A stretch of DNA of 64,000 bases from Clostridia bacterium (GCA_017517685.1 JAFWYK010000002.1:11477-75476), one strand, 5' to 3'; shown: positions 28,099-38,962, counted from the first letter of the stretch. The notes: a model not told the origin generated them from the letters alone. A program made the numbers and translations.

Positions 28099-30156
28099 TT
28101 AATCTAAAACTAATGAGTTCAATTTTTCAAATGTTAGTAAATCGTAAGATACAATTTCTTCTTTAGATAATGTAAATAATTCATCTTTAATATAAATCAT
28201 TCTTTCTATAGTATCATAATATCTATTCTTATACATTATTTTTCCATAATCTTCAAATTCACCAGAATCTAAGTTTATTTTATAAATAACTATACCAGCT
28301 CTTCCTGATTCTCTTAATGGAAATCCGATTAGATTTTTAGCTTTATTATAGAATAATGCTTTATGATTATATGATATTTCTGAATAAGTATATCCATCAC
28401 CAACATCTACACTAAAGATCTCTTTTGGATTTTCTAAATCTGATACATCAAACATAGACATTTTCATATTATCATTTGTTACTCCACCCCAACCATTATC
28501 TTTTGTGTTATAACCAATTCCTATAATATGTGTTTCATCATATGGATGTAGATAAGATGAATAACCTGGTATTTTTAATGCGCCTTTAACTTCTGGATTT
28601 GCAGGATTTGATAAATCTATTACAAATAATGGATCTATTTGTTTAAAAGTAACTACATAACCTAAATCCCCAATAAATCTTGCTGAATATATTTTTTCAT
28701 CTTTAGCTAAGTTTTCGATTTTACCAACAACTTTTAAGTCTTCATTTAAAACATATAAATTATTAGCTGTTATTTTTTGAGTATCAATTTCAACACTGAT
28801 TGCTCCTGTTCTTGCATTCTTCTTTTCTGTTCTGATTTCATCATCAATATATACTGTAGTAGCTAATCTTAAATATCCCTTATGTTCATCCATTGAGAAT
28901 TGATTGTTTAAATAACCATCGATCTCACCTTTTGTTTCAAGTTTAATTGAACCTTCATCTAAATCAAATTTATAAATAGTTGTTTTTCTGTTATAGTAAC
29001 TTTCGCCAAAATTTTCATGTGTTATATATAAATGTTCCTCACTAGCATATATTGTTTCACCAGCACCTAAGAATGTTTCTACAGACATTCCTTCATCATT
29101 ATTAATATTAAATCCACCAACTAAAGTATAAGTATTAGATTCAACTTCTGGGAAATGTACAATTCTTTTACAATCAACAACAATATCATTTGAAGATACA
29201 TAAGAATCATAAACTATTGGTAATACTTCGATATCTCTCATTGTTTTATAGTATCTAATTCCTTTTCTACTGATAAAATATACATTATCACCAATCATTC
29301 TTGCTTGTACATAGTCACCATCTAAAGCTACTTCTCTTTCAAGTTTTAAATCTTTTTTATCTTTTATTGAATATATTAATGCCTTAGCTTTTGATTTACT
29401 AAAGCTATATGCATAATCATAGTATACATCATCTAATTCTTTCTTATCATATTCATAAGTATAGTGTGTACCAAGTACTACTAATTTATCATTATTTATA
29501 AATATCTCTCTTGGATAAAATCTTTCTTCCTTATCTTCTGCAAGAGATATATTTGATAATTCTTCTAATGTATCTGCTTTTATAATATACACCTTATTAT
29601 TTTGGACATAATAAATATATTCACCATCTGTTTTTACAATGTCAGCTTCATCAACATTAGCTACTTGATTATTAGTTGTTGAATAGTCATCATTAGTTAA
29701 GAATTTATCTTGTGTTGAAGATTCTGCAGACCCCATCAAATCACTTGAAAGTGAATCATTAAGTGCTACATCACCTTTAGTAACTGTAGATTGAATTGTT
29801 GATTCAAATCCTTCAAACGAATCAAAATGTAAACCATTAGTTTGTCTTGATTCTACTAAAGCAGATCTTAATTCTTCAATATTTGAAAATCTTGGTAAAT
29901 CATCATTATCATTTAATTTAATATTAGTATCATTAATTGCAATTTGTGTAGAAGGATCAATTTTTACTTGTCTATTATTAATTCCAGCTACAATAACTAA
30001 TACAAAAACTGCAACTAAAGCTAAAACTTTCATAGTTTTAAATCTTTTTACTTTACCAGCATTCATTGCTTTTTCTAATGTTTCTTGTTTTAACTTATCG
30101 CTAGCATGAATACTATCAAATACTTTTTTATAAGCATCTTTATTATTCATTTTCAA
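28099..30156 (-). CDS. Anti-sigma-factor-like membrane protein with large extracytoplasmic beta-propeller domain
   Basis: Short cytoplasmic N-terminus, a single TM helix (VLALVAVFVLVIVAGI), a long extracellular region; overlaps the ECF sigma gene by 14 nt. Confidence 0.6.
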   Translation of the reverse strand: MKMNNKDAYKKVFDSIHASDKLKQETLEKAMNAGKVKRFKTMKVLALVAVFVLVIVAGINNRQVKIDPSTQIAINDTNIKLNDNDDLPRFSNIEELRSALVESRQTNGLHFDSFEGFESTIQSTVTKGDVALNDSLSSDLMGSAESSTQDKFLTNDDYSTTNNQVANVDEADIVKTDGEYIYYVQNNKVYIIKADTLEELSNISLAEDKEERFYPREIFINNDKLVVLGTHYTYEYDKKELDDVYYDYAYSFSKSKAKALIYSIKDKKDLKLEREVALDGDYVQARMIGDNVYFISRKGIRYYKTMRDIEVLPIVYDSYVSSNDIVVDCKRIVHFPEVESNTYTLVGGFNINNDEGMSVETFLGAGETIYASEEHLYITHENFGESYYNRKTTIYKFDLDEGSIKLETKGEIDGYLNNQFSMDEHKGYLRLATTVYIDDEIRTEKKNARTGAISVEIDTQKITANNLYVLNEDLKVVGKIENLAKDEKIYSARFIGDLGYVVTFKQIDPLFVIDLSNPANPEVKGALKIPGYSSYLHPYDETHIIGIGYNTKDNGWGGVTNDNMKMSMFDVSDLENPKEIFSVDVGDGYTYSEISYNHKALFYNKAKNLIGFPLRESGRAGIVIYKINLDSGEFEDYGKIMYKNRYYDTIERMIYIKDELFTLSKEEIVSYDLLTFEKLNSLVLD

Positions 30157-30619
30157 AACCTCCTTCTAATTTAGTTTTTAAGATTTCTCTTGCTCTATAA
30201 AGCCAAGTTTTTATAGTTCCTGAGGTTGAACTCATCAATTTTGCAATTTCTTCGACTTTATAACCTTCATAGTAGTATAAATAAATTACAGTTCTATAGT
30301 TTTGGGGTAAATCACAAACTACAGAAAATACATCTGATTCTTCTTTTGTTTCAAATTCCATATTTTCATCAAGCGTTACAACTTTTCTATTCCATGCTGA
30401 CATATTCATGTTTTTAGAAAAATTAATTGTAACTCTAATAAGCCAAGCTTTTTTATGCTCTTCTGATTTAAACTTTGGCATTTTTTCACTTAACTTCATA
30501 AATACATTTTGAAAAACATCCTCTGCATTTTCTACATTGCCACATCTTGTAAGTGCAACTTTATAGACCATATCAGAATAATTATTAATGATATCTTTTA
30601 AATACGTTTCTTTTTGCAT
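30143..30619 (-). CDS. ECF-type RNA polymerase sigma-70 factor
   Basis: Sigma-70 region 2 and region 4 signatures (VFQNVFMKL; EIAKLMSSTSGTIKTWLYRAR). Confidence 0.8.
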   Translation of the reverse strand: MQKETYLKDIINNYSDMVYKVALTRCGNVENAEDVFQNVFMKLSEKMPKFKSEEHKKAWLIRVTINFSKNMNMSAWNRKVVTLDENMEFETKEESDVFSVVCDLPQNYRTVIYLYYYEGYKVEEIAKLMSSTSGTIKTWLYRAREILKTKLEGGFENE

Positions 30620-30687
30620 AACTTTCCCCCTTATCTACTATGAATACAATTCAAAACAGGTTTTGGTTTCAAAAAAATATAATTTTT

Positions 30688-31572
30688 TTATAAATTTTCC
30701 CAATTTTCTATTATTTTTCTTTCGATATGTAAATTTCCTTTTCCAGAAGCCATATCTATTCCTGGTTTATTTTTACCATGATAATCACTTCCGCCACTTT
30801 TCAAAAGATTATTTATCTCACAATAATCATTTATATATTCAATTTGCTCTTCTGAAAAATTACTATGATAACATTCGAAACCATCTATATCAAAATCTCT
30901 ATGTAAATCTTTAATTAATTTTTCTTTATCTTGAGCCCATTTATAAATAAAAACATGCGCTACAAATACTTTACCGCCAGCTTTTTTTATTGCTGATACA
31001 GCTTCGCTAACTGTCGGATAGTCTTTAGACTTATCAATATAAAATGGATCATTAAAGTCTGCACAATACTTTTTAGTAAAAGTTGTAAAATCTTCCCATA
31101 AATCTTCTGGAAGTTTTTCTTTATTTTCGTCATGAGATTTTATATTCTTATAAATCTCTACACTTGCCCAATCATTTTCAGGATTCCAATTCCAAGATTC
31201 TTTATTCTCCATTACTAAACCTTTTTTCATACAAGCATCATATAAATGATTATAATATTTTATTTGCAAATCTTTTCTTTGTTTATCTTTATAATACTCA
31301 TCTATCCACTCATTCAATTTATTTAGGTCATAATTATAACCTAATACTTCAATGAGTCTTCCCATATATGAACATTTAATTTCAATACCTTGTACTAATT
31401 TGCCTGAATAATAATCTTTTATATTAATGTTTTTAAGTTCATTATAAGCTCTGCAATTATCATGATCAGTTATAGAAATACATTCTAAATTTAAGCTTTC
31501 TGCTTTTGTAAGAAGTTCTACTACACTATCAGTTCCATCTGAATAGCTAGTATGAAGATGCATATCTATCAT
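30688..31572 (-). CDS. PHP-family metal-dependent phosphoesterase
   Basis: MIDMHLHTSYSDGTDS...ISITDHD PHP motifs. Confidence 0.7.
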   Translation of the reverse strand: MIDMHLHTSYSDGTDSVVELLTKAESLNLECISITDHDNCRAYNELKNINIKDYYSGKLVQGIEIKCSYMGRLIEVLGYNYDLNKLNEWIDEYYKDKQRKDLQIKYYNHLYDACMKKGLVMENKESWNWNPENDWASVEIYKNIKSHDENKEKLPEDLWEDFTTFTKKYCADFNDPFYIDKSKDYPTVSEAVSAIKKAGGKVFVAHVFIYKWAQDKEKLIKDLHRDFDIDGFECYHSNFSEEQIEYINDYCEINNLLKSGGSDYHGKNKPGIDMASGKGNLHIERKIIENWENL

Positions 31573-31671
31573 TATTCTACCTCCCTAATAGCTCTTTCAC
31601 TTAATAATTCTTCATCATAATTGGCATCATATATTTCGCCAGCTAGCATCTTTTCTCTTTCCGTTTTCACT

Positions 31672-32274
31672 TTAACTCTCCTTTATACTATACAAGATTT
31701 TTATAACTTCTTCAGTTACACTTTTCTTCTCTATTTTTGATTGATCAAATTTTTCTCCCTTTGGTGTTAGAAAATCTTCAAATTCACTTATTACCATATC
31801 TATATTATCTTTATTTACTTTTTGTTTTATTATTTCTCTGCAAGAATTTATATGGCCTCTTACTGCATATCCAGCTAAAGTTTTAAAATATGTTTTTTCT
31901 GGTAATTTTGATTTTAAAAACAATTCTAAAGCTAATTCATCAGTTATTTCCCTTGGATTAGTTACAATTATTTTATTTGAACGAAAAACACCGTTTGGAG
32001 TTGATGGATTATCTGCAAGAATTACTTCAGCATCTTCGGGAATAATGACATCATATAAAGTATCTCCTCTTACAATCCATCTTGCTATTTGATCTTCTGT
32101 AGAAAAATTAAAACCACCTGAATTTTCTTCATCAGGATTCCATATATTTGCAATGTTAACCTGATCAATACTATATTTAAATACACCATCGCCAAAGCGT
32201 GATTCATCTTTAAACATAGCTTTCAAAAATTTAGGTAGTTTTTTTATTTCTTCTTTACTTAATTTTCTATTCAT
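31672..32274 (-). CDS. Hypothetical protein
   Basis: No recognisable motif. Confidence 0.35.
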   Translation of the reverse strand: MNRKLSKEEIKKLPKFLKAMFKDESRFGDGVFKYSIDQVNIANIWNPDEENSGGFNFSTEDQIARWIVRGDTLYDVIIPEDAEVILADNPSTPNGVFRSNKIIVTNPREITDELALELFLKSKLPEKTYFKTLAGYAVRGHINSCREIIKQKVNKDNIDMVISEFEDFLTPKGEKFDQSKIEKKSVTEEVIKILYSIKES

Positions 32275-32403
32275 ATATTGTATTTCCTTTATAAGAATTT
32301 ACAAAAATATTTTATATCTAATAGTATATTATTTCAATAAAAAATGAAAAAAAGCAGACTACAAAATACTAGACTTTTGTGTTCTGCTTTTCCATCAAGT
32401 AAG

Positions 32404-32634
32404 TTATCCGTGATAGAGATCTTCGTACTTACTTGAATTCCAGTCAAGTTTTCCCCATGCTTCTTCAGCAGGACTTACTCGACACAGCGCGTTATGAAGT
32501 TTGTGACCGTTAGAACATCCTGCACACATCGTATGTGTGAAAAATATTCCAGCTTTCTCAAAGTCTTCACGACAAGCTTGACATTCCTGGTTGCATTCCT
32601 CGATGATTTTGTTCCAGTCTGTCTTCATGGCCAA
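32404..32634 (-). CDS. Small Cys-rich protein (CX3CX2C...CX2CX10C), GC-rich
   Basis: 76 aa, 7 Cys; visibly higher GC than flanks; own GCAGA...TCTGC terminator downstream. Confidence 0.45.
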   Translation of the reverse strand: MAMKTDWNKIIEECNQECQACREDFEKAGIFFTHTMCAGCSNGHKLHNALCRVSPAEEAWGKLDWNSSKYEDLYHG

Positions 32635-32755
32635 TTACCTCGCGCATATATATTCTATAGAGGAATATTCCCTCTAAATTCATATTACAACTTTTACAAG
32701 GTTATGTCAACCTTTTGCTTATAAAAAAGAAGGAATTTCTTCCTTCTTAAAAGAC

Positions 32756-34165
32756 TTATTTTACATCTAATTCTGTTATTTTTTCTTCATTTACATACAA
32801 AGTATATGTACCTTCTGTTAGTTTATCATTACTTAATATTAAAGTTTTAAATGACTCAATTGTTGTAAATTCTTTTACAATATTTCCGTTTTTATCCTCT
32901 AACTTAACATCACTTCCATTAGCGACTACTTTTGGTAAATTAGTTGCAATATATTTTTGTTTAGAATCTTTTGGTTTTTCAAGCATATCAGAACCGATAG
33001 CAATAACATCGCCACCATCAATTGTAACACCTTGATCAGCATCTAAACCAGCATCTCCACCTTGTGCTGATCCAATTGCATAAACTTGTCCACCTGTAAT
33101 TTTAATGTCTTTATTTGAGTCAATTCCATCTCCACTAGCTTTAACAGTTAATGTTCCACCAGCAATTAGAATTGTACCTCCATCTCCACCAGCATTAAGT
33201 CCATCATCATTAGCTTCAACAGTAATATTACCACCATTAATTGTTAAATTATTTGTTTCAGTAGCAATCCCTTCTCCTTCTTCCTGATTACCATATACTT
33301 CTAAAGTACCGTTTCCATTTATAGTTAAATGTCCTGCAGAATATACACAAGCATCATATTCACTTGAACCACCGTCAGATAAAATATTTTTTGTTCCATC
33401 TAAAAGATTAATTGTCACAGGATTTGTTGAAATATTTGCAAATGCTGCTGTTACTGTATTTTTAATAACAACATTATTAAAGTTTAATACTACTTCACCA
33501 TCAGCATTAATTAAAAGTGTATTAGCAAACTCACCACTTAAATTATATGTTCCAGCTTTATCAATTGTTATGTTAGAAAAGTGATCTGCTAAGTTAATTT
33601 CTTCTACATTCACTTTCTCACCTTCACTAACATCCTCTTTTTTAGTTGTTCTTTCAATTTCTTCCTCTTGCATAATCATTCCACCTTTGAAGTTGTTATG
33701 AAATAATCCACTCGAAGTTATGTAGCATACATAAGTAATTATTAGAGTTGATAAAACAATTATTATTATATAGCACATTAATATCATGCTAACACCAAAA
33801 GTTTCTTTTACTGTTAATTTATTAAATTTAGACAGTATTAGATACATTACCAAACTAGATAAAGCACAGCCTTCAATTGCACATAGAACTATTTGAAAAA
33901 CATTAACTCTTTGAGTCCTAAATCCATTCATATTATTTCTATTAAAGCTTTTGTTTATATTTTCTATATCTAAATTTTCTGGTTTCATCTCTTTATCGAC
34001 TTCATTAGGCATTTCACCTTCAGGCATCTCAGGACGTTCTCCTATTTGCATTTTTTCAAATTCATTTCTACGTTCTGCTTTGCTTATTCCTAAAGTTAAA
34101 TACATAGAAACGCATAAAAGAATTACTAAAAAAATCATTATTATATTTTTTAGTTTTCTAGACAT
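32756..34165 (-). CDS. Membrane-anchored beta-helix-repeat protein (DUF4097/putative adhesin-like)
   Basis: Four N-terminal TM helices, then a Gly/Asn/Asp-rich repetitive beta-strand region (LTINGNG..., NLTINGGN...). Confidence 0.45.
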   Translation of the reverse strand: MSRKLKNIIMIFLVILLCVSMYLTLGISKAERRNEFEKMQIGERPEMPEGEMPNEVDKEMKPENLDIENINKSFNRNNMNGFRTQRVNVFQIVLCAIEGCALSSLVMYLILSKFNKLTVKETFGVSMILMCYIIIIVLSTLIITYVCYITSSGLFHNNFKGGMIMQEEEIERTTKKEDVSEGEKVNVEEINLADHFSNITIDKAGTYNLSGEFANTLLINADGEVVLNFNNVVIKNTVTAAFANISTNPVTINLLDGTKNILSDGGSSEYDACVYSAGHLTINGNGTLEVYGNQEEGEGIATETNNLTINGGNITVEANDDGLNAGGDGGTILIAGGTLTVKASGDGIDSNKDIKITGGQVYAIGSAQGGDAGLDADQGVTIDGGDVIAIGSDMLEKPKDSKQKYIATNLPKVVANGSDVKLEDKNGNIVKEFTTIESFKTLILSNDKLTEGTYTLYVNEEKITELDVK

Positions 34166-34278
34166 ATTTTACCTCCTAAATTTATTTCTAAATTTAATAT
34201 ATTTTATAAACATTAAATAAATATTAAAAAACAAAAAAAGATAAGAAAAATTTCTTATCTTTTATACCTCGTATTTAA

Positions 34279-34824
34279 TTATCTAGCATCGTCATCATTA
34301 TCATCAAGCATCATGCTTTCTAATACGCCTTTTCCTTGATAATGTTCATACTTACATATTTTATTTGTTTTTGCTTGTGCAGCAAAAAATTTCTTAACTA
34401 TTGGTAATACTTGATTTGGTTTTATACCATTATTACTACAAAAGTTTGTAGTATACTCTCTTATCGCTTCTGTTCTTGCTTTTGGATCAGAAATCTCATG
34501 GAAAGCTCTAATAGCATAAATCAAATCATTTTCAACTAATTTAATTTGATCATCACTTAATTCATCTGAAAAAATAATTTTTTCTAAAGTTTTCTTTCCT
34601 TTATAATGTTCAAAATTAAACATTGTGTCATCTTTTCTTCTTCTCTCAAAATAAGCATTTAAAACATCAATTGCTTCTCTTGGATCAATATTATTATCTT
34701 TGCAAAATTTTAATGTATATTCTCTTACATATGTCTCTCTTGTTTTCTTATCATCTAAATCATGAAATGCTTTTATTGCATCAATTAATACGTTTTCTGT
34801 TAATAATAGTTGTTCTCTTGTCAT
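34279..34824 (-). CDS. Hypothetical protein built from two tandem ~85 aa repeats
   Basis: IDAIKAFHDLDDKKTRETYVREYT...FEHYKGKKTLE repeats as IYAIRAFHEISDPKARTEAIREYT...YEHYQGKGVLE. Confidence 0.45.
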   Translation of the reverse strand: MTREQLLLTENVLIDAIKAFHDLDDKKTRETYVREYTLKFCKDNNIDPREAIDVLNAYFERRRKDDTMFNFEHYKGKKTLEKIIFSDELSDDQIKLVENDLIYAIRAFHEISDPKARTEAIREYTTNFCSNNGIKPNQVLPIVKKFFAAQAKTNKICKYEHYQGKGVLESMMLDDNDDDAR

Positions 34825-34904
34825 AAAAAACTCCTTTACATAAAACTCTTCTTATATTATACAACATTTTACTTTATTTTTCAACTCTCTATAAAAAGCA
34901 CAAA

Positions 34905-34938
34905 CCAGAAGAGCAGACTCTTCTGGCCGTTTTTTGTG
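34905..34938 (-). terminator. GC-rich intrinsic terminator (functional in both orientations) after the small zinc-ribbon gene
   Basis: CCAGAAGAGcagacTCTTCTGG followed by T-runs on both strands. Confidence 0.6.
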
Positions 34939-34954
34939 TTTCTTGGGAATTTAA

Positions 34955-35191
34955 TTACTTAACAATGAAAGCTGTCCATCCACCGCGGTCGAATCTCTGA
35001 GTTGCCTCCTTAGACATCTGTCTGTACTCTGCGTCGCTAATAGCCTTCGTTTCCTTAGGCATAAAAGACATTCCGCAGGCTGCACACATGATCTGACCAT
35101 CGTTATCATGGCCTTCAACACATGTTGCACCACATTTGGGACAAGTCGCCAGGGTTACCTCGTAAGTGCTCGCGTTGTTTTGTTCTAACAT
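34955..35191 (-). CDS. Small zinc-ribbon protein, GC-rich
   Basis: CPKCGATC...CAACG (CxxC...CxxC); visibly GC-richer than flanks. Confidence 0.45.
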   Translation of the reverse strand: MLEQNNASTYEVTLATCPKCGATCVEGHDNDGQIMCAACGMSFMPKETKAISDAEYRQMSKEATQRFDRGGWTAFIVK

Positions 35192-35285
35192 TGGGATATT
35201 CCCTCCTTATAAAAAGAATTGTCTTTATAATATTACTTTTGTTTGAAATCTAAATGTATCTATTGTGGCTTTTATGTGAACACCA

Positions 35286-36416
35286 CTAATTCTTTTTATT
35301 TACTAATCTTTTATTCATATTGTCTTTTACTAATGTATAAATTACAGAAGCAACAGGAAGTCCTAAAAGCATTCCTATTAAACCAAATAAATCTCCACCA
35401 ACTGCTACTGCAACTAAAACCCATATACCTGGTAGTCCAACAGAATCTCCAACAACTTTTGGATATATTAAGTTACCTTCAATTTGTTGAAGAATTAATA
35501 TAAACACGATAAATGTTAATACTTTAACTGGTTCTACAGAAAGAATTAATACTGCACCTATTGCTATACCAATAAATGCACCAACGATTGGAATTAAAGC
35601 TGTAACTCCAATTAAAACTCCTATTGGAACTGCATATGGTATATCAAATATGAACATTCCAATAATACTTAACGCTCCTAATATAGTTGCTTCTAAGCAT
35701 TGACCAGTAATAAAGTTTTTAAATATTCTTCTAGCAGTTCTTCCAATTTCAATAATATTCTCAGCTTTTTCCTTGTTTAAATATGCATGTAAAAATCTCT
35801 TTGATTGTTCTTTTAATTTATCTTTACCAGTTAATATATAAATTGAAAATACTAAAGAAACTATTGCATTAATTATAGATCCTACAAAATTACCAGCAAA
35901 TGAAACTGAAAAAGTAAGTACGTTTGTTAAAATTGTCTTAGCTTGATCTTGGAATTTTGCATTACTAATATCTATATTTTGAATTGTTTCTCTTATGCTA
36001 GGCATATTCTCTGTTATATCAACTGCAAACTTTTTAATTTCTGTCATATATTTTGGAGAATTTTCAATTAATAATTTTATAACATTTACAATCTCAGGAA
36101 GAATTAAATTAACAATTAGTGTAATAATAAAACAAATTACAATAATTGCAAGCAAAAGTGAAATTATTCTTACTAAATTTTTATTTAATTTTTTACCTTT
36201 TTTAAATGTTATTTTAGAAAACTTATTTTCAAAAAAGTTCATTGGTATATTTAAAATAAATGCAAGCGCCGCACCAACAACAAATGGACTAATTATATCC
36301 ATAAACTTTGTTATAAAACCTGCTACTACAGAAACATTATTTACTATAAGTAAGCCGATTAATGCAAACGATATTATTTTAAACCATTTTTTTATATCTT
36401 TTTTATCTTGTTCCAT
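35286..36416 (-). CDS. AI-2E family transporter (PerM/YtvI-like)
   Basis: About 370 aa, 8 TM helices; typical AI-2E arrangement and Gly-rich C-terminal helices. Confidence 0.7.
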   Translation of the reverse strand: MEQDKKDIKKWFKIISFALIGLLIVNNVSVVAGFITKFMDIISPFVVGAALAFILNIPMNFFENKFSKITFKKGKKLNKNLVRIISLLLAIIVICFIITLIVNLILPEIVNVIKLLIENSPKYMTEIKKFAVDITENMPSIRETIQNIDISNAKFQDQAKTILTNVLTFSVSFAGNFVGSIINAIVSLVFSIYILTGKDKLKEQSKRFLHAYLNKEKAENIIEIGRTARRIFKNFITGQCLEATILGALSIIGMFIFDIPYAVPIGVLIGVTALIPIVGAFIGIAIGAVLILSVEPVKVLTFIVFILILQQIEGNLIYPKVVGDSVGLPGIWVLVAVAVGGDLFGLIGMLLGLPVASVIYTLVKDNMNKRLVNKKN

Positions 36417-36464
36417 ATTGTTCTCCTATCATACATTTTTATAGTATTTTACCATAAATATAAA

Positions 36465-37544
36465 TTATTTTAAAATATTTTGATTTAAAAGCATAGTACT
36501 ATAAATAAAAAGCACGTCTTGATTATCTTTAAACTCAACAAACTTATCTAGAATTTGACTTGATATATATCTTAAATCAATCAATATTATATTTTCATAT
36601 TCATCTATTAACAATGGAGCTAAACTACTTCCAAATGAATCTCTAAAAATCAATAGTTCTTTTCCATTTTTTACATTTGGATTTTTTATACCTATAAGTG
36701 GTGTAGCACCTGATAAATAAACATCATATTTATCATTAGATTCTCTTTTATCGTATATACCTAAAGTTTCTTTTGTTTCATAATTATATACTACCGCTTC
36801 ATTTATCATATCATTTGTTAAAATGTACATATCATCCGCTGTAACATCGCACGATATTTGTCCATAATATGTACCGTAGAATTTACCAACATTTTCTTCA
36901 TTATATAAAACTTCTTCTTGTTTTTCTTTTACTATTGATGACTTAATTTTAGTTGCAACTTTATTTATCTTTTCTTGTCTCCAATGAATATCAGTTTTAT
37001 AATAACAATCTAAATCTAGTTCATTCCATATATCAATATATTCTACATTTGTTAACTTATCATTAACTAAAGTTTTTAATTTTTCATAATCTATTGTTAA
37101 ATGATCATCATTTAAATAATAGTTTTTATCTGGAATAATCGCAGAATAAACATTTGCTTTAGATAAATATTTATCACAAACATTTTTAATAACATTTAAA
37201 GTCTTATCTACATTTGATTCTGATAATGGATACTCCATTTTATATATAGCACCATCTTTTTCAAAATAAGAATTATTATCTTTTTGTCCAAAAATGTTTA
37301 CATTAAAAAATGATTTTAACGTTCTAAACTCTTCTCTAAATGCAACTTGATCTACAGCATAACTTTCAAAATCAGTAGATAATTTAGTGCTAAATACAAC
37401 GTCTTTTGTAAATTTTGGTAATTGAGCAAGTTTTCTTCTCTCTGTTAAAGATATTTCAGTATCTTCTTTTACTATGTTAAAAACAAGCATTCCTATGATT
37501 ATAAGAGAGAATAAAATTGAATTAATAATATTTTTTATTTTCAT
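36465..37544 (-). CDS. DHHW-family protein (AlgJ/AlgX-like partner of MBOAT)
   Basis: N-terminal TM anchor; TDIHW motif (DHHW variant); start set at MKIKNIINS because AGGAGGG lies 7 nt upstream; 11 nt after the MBOAT stop. Confidence 0.6.
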   Translation of the reverse strand: MKIKNIINSILFSLIIIGMLVFNIVKEDTEISLTERRKLAQLPKFTKDVVFSTKLSTDFESYAVDQVAFREEFRTLKSFFNVNIFGQKDNNSYFEKDGAIYKMEYPLSESNVDKTLNVIKNVCDKYLSKANVYSAIIPDKNYYLNDDHLTIDYEKLKTLVNDKLTNVEYIDIWNELDLDCYYKTDIHWRQEKINKVATKIKSSIVKEKQEEVLYNEENVGKFYGTYYGQISCDVTADDMYILTNDMINEAVVYNYETKETLGIYDKRESNDKYDVYLSGATPLIGIKNPNVKNGKELLIFRDSFGSSLAPLLIDEYENIILIDLRYISSQILDKFVEFKDNQDVLFIYSTMLLNQNILK

Positions 37545-37554
37545 TATTTCCCTC

Positions 37555-38940
37555 CTAAAATCTAAAGTACAAAAATGGATTAAATGAACCATCAACAATA
37601 AATGCTGTTGATACAAGAAGTATCACTACTACAAATATAGGTTCTAATACATTTTGTGCTTTTTTTAAGTATTTTGAATTAACTATCATCTTCATAAGTG
37701 GTGTTGAACCAATTATACTAATAATAAAAATCATTAAATAACTTTTTAAATAATAAATTGTTTCTTGACTAATAAATGGAATTCCATTTAATCCTAGAAG
37801 TCCTGATAAATGATTCATTATTTCTTCTGTTGAATTTCCATTAAATATAATAAAGCTTATCATAACTAATATACATGTATATAAATTTGAAAATACCTTT
37901 GGCAGTTTTTCTAAATATTTCTTTAGTAATATTTTTTCAATTAATAATAAAATTGCAAAATAAAGCCCCCAAACAACAAAATTCCATGAAGCTCCATGCC
38001 AAATACCAGTAAGCATCCAAACAACAAAGATATTTCTAATCCATTTAGCTTTGCTTACTCTGTTTCCACCAAGCGGAATATAAATATAATCTCTAAACCA
38101 TGAAGAAAGTGACATATGCCATCTTCTCCAAAACTCTGTTATACTTGTTGCAATATATGGATAATTAAAGTTTTCATTATAGTCAAATCCAAACATTTTT
38201 CCAAGTCCAATTGCCATATCTGAATAACCAGAAAAATCGAAGTATATTTGCATCATTATCGCTAATCCATACATCCAATGATAAATAACACTTGGATCTG
38301 ATGTAGATAAGAATATTGTTCCAAGTTCTCCTATAACATTTGCAATTAACACTTTTTTACCAAGACCTATGACAAATTTTGTTACACCTTGTGAAAACTT
38401 TTCAAAAGAATGTGTTCTTTCAGCTAGTTCTTTTACAACTGTTGTGTATCTAACTATTGGACCTGCAATAAGTTGTGGAAAAAGCACAACATATAACGCT
38501 AAATCTAATATATTCTTTTGAGATGGAACTTCTTTTCTATAAACATCTACTAAATAACTCATCATTTGGAATGTATAGAATGATATTCCAACCGGAAGAG
38601 CTACATATAATAAATCTAGTTTATTTTTTAAGAATAAATTAATATTCTCTATTAAAAAATCTATATATTTAAAGTAAATTAGAAAACCAGCACTAATACA
38701 TAAAGAAATTATTAAAAATAACTTAGAATATTTTTCATATTTATTAATTAAAATACCAAAAATATATGTATTTAAAACAGAAACAATCATAAGTAAAATA
38801 TACTTTGGTTCTCCTACAAAGTAAAATAACATTGATGCAATTAATAATATTATGTTTTTAAACTTTTTTGGTACTGCATAATAAATAATTAAAAGTACCG
38901 GTAAAAAGTAAAACAAAAAGGTAATACTTGAAAATATCAT
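37555..38940 (-). CDS. MBOAT-family membrane-bound O-acyltransferase (AlgI/DltB-like)
   Basis: 461 aa polytopic; conserved His region (WHMSLSSWFRDYIYIPLGG). Confidence 0.8.
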   Translation of the reverse strand: MIFSSITFLFYFLPVLLIIYYAVPKKFKNIILLIASMLFYFVGEPKYILLMIVSVLNTYIFGILINKYEKYSKLFLIISLCISAGFLIYFKYIDFLIENINLFLKNKLDLLYVALPVGISFYTFQMMSYLVDVYRKEVPSQKNILDLALYVVLFPQLIAGPIVRYTTVVKELAERTHSFEKFSQGVTKFVIGLGKKVLIANVIGELGTIFLSTSDPSVIYHWMYGLAIMMQIYFDFSGYSDMAIGLGKMFGFDYNENFNYPYIATSITEFWRRWHMSLSSWFRDYIYIPLGGNRVSKAKWIRNIFVVWMLTGIWHGASWNFVVWGLYFAILLLIEKILLKKYLEKLPKVFSNLYTCILVMISFIIFNGNSTEEIMNHLSGLLGLNGIPFISQETIYYLKSYLMIFIISIIGSTPLMKMIVNSKYLKKAQNVLEPIFVVVILLVSTAFIVDGSFNPFLYFRF

Positions 38941-38962
38941 TTTTTCTCCTTTTAAATCAAAT

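Noticed and set aside
34951-35133. 60 aa alternative minus-strand frame overlapping the zinc-ribbon ORF
   Set aside because: Same strand, different frame; the 78 aa zinc-ribbon frame has the CxxC pairs and is preferred.
35995-36444. 149 aa plus-strand ORF
   Set aside because: Antisense shadow of the AI-2E transporter gene.
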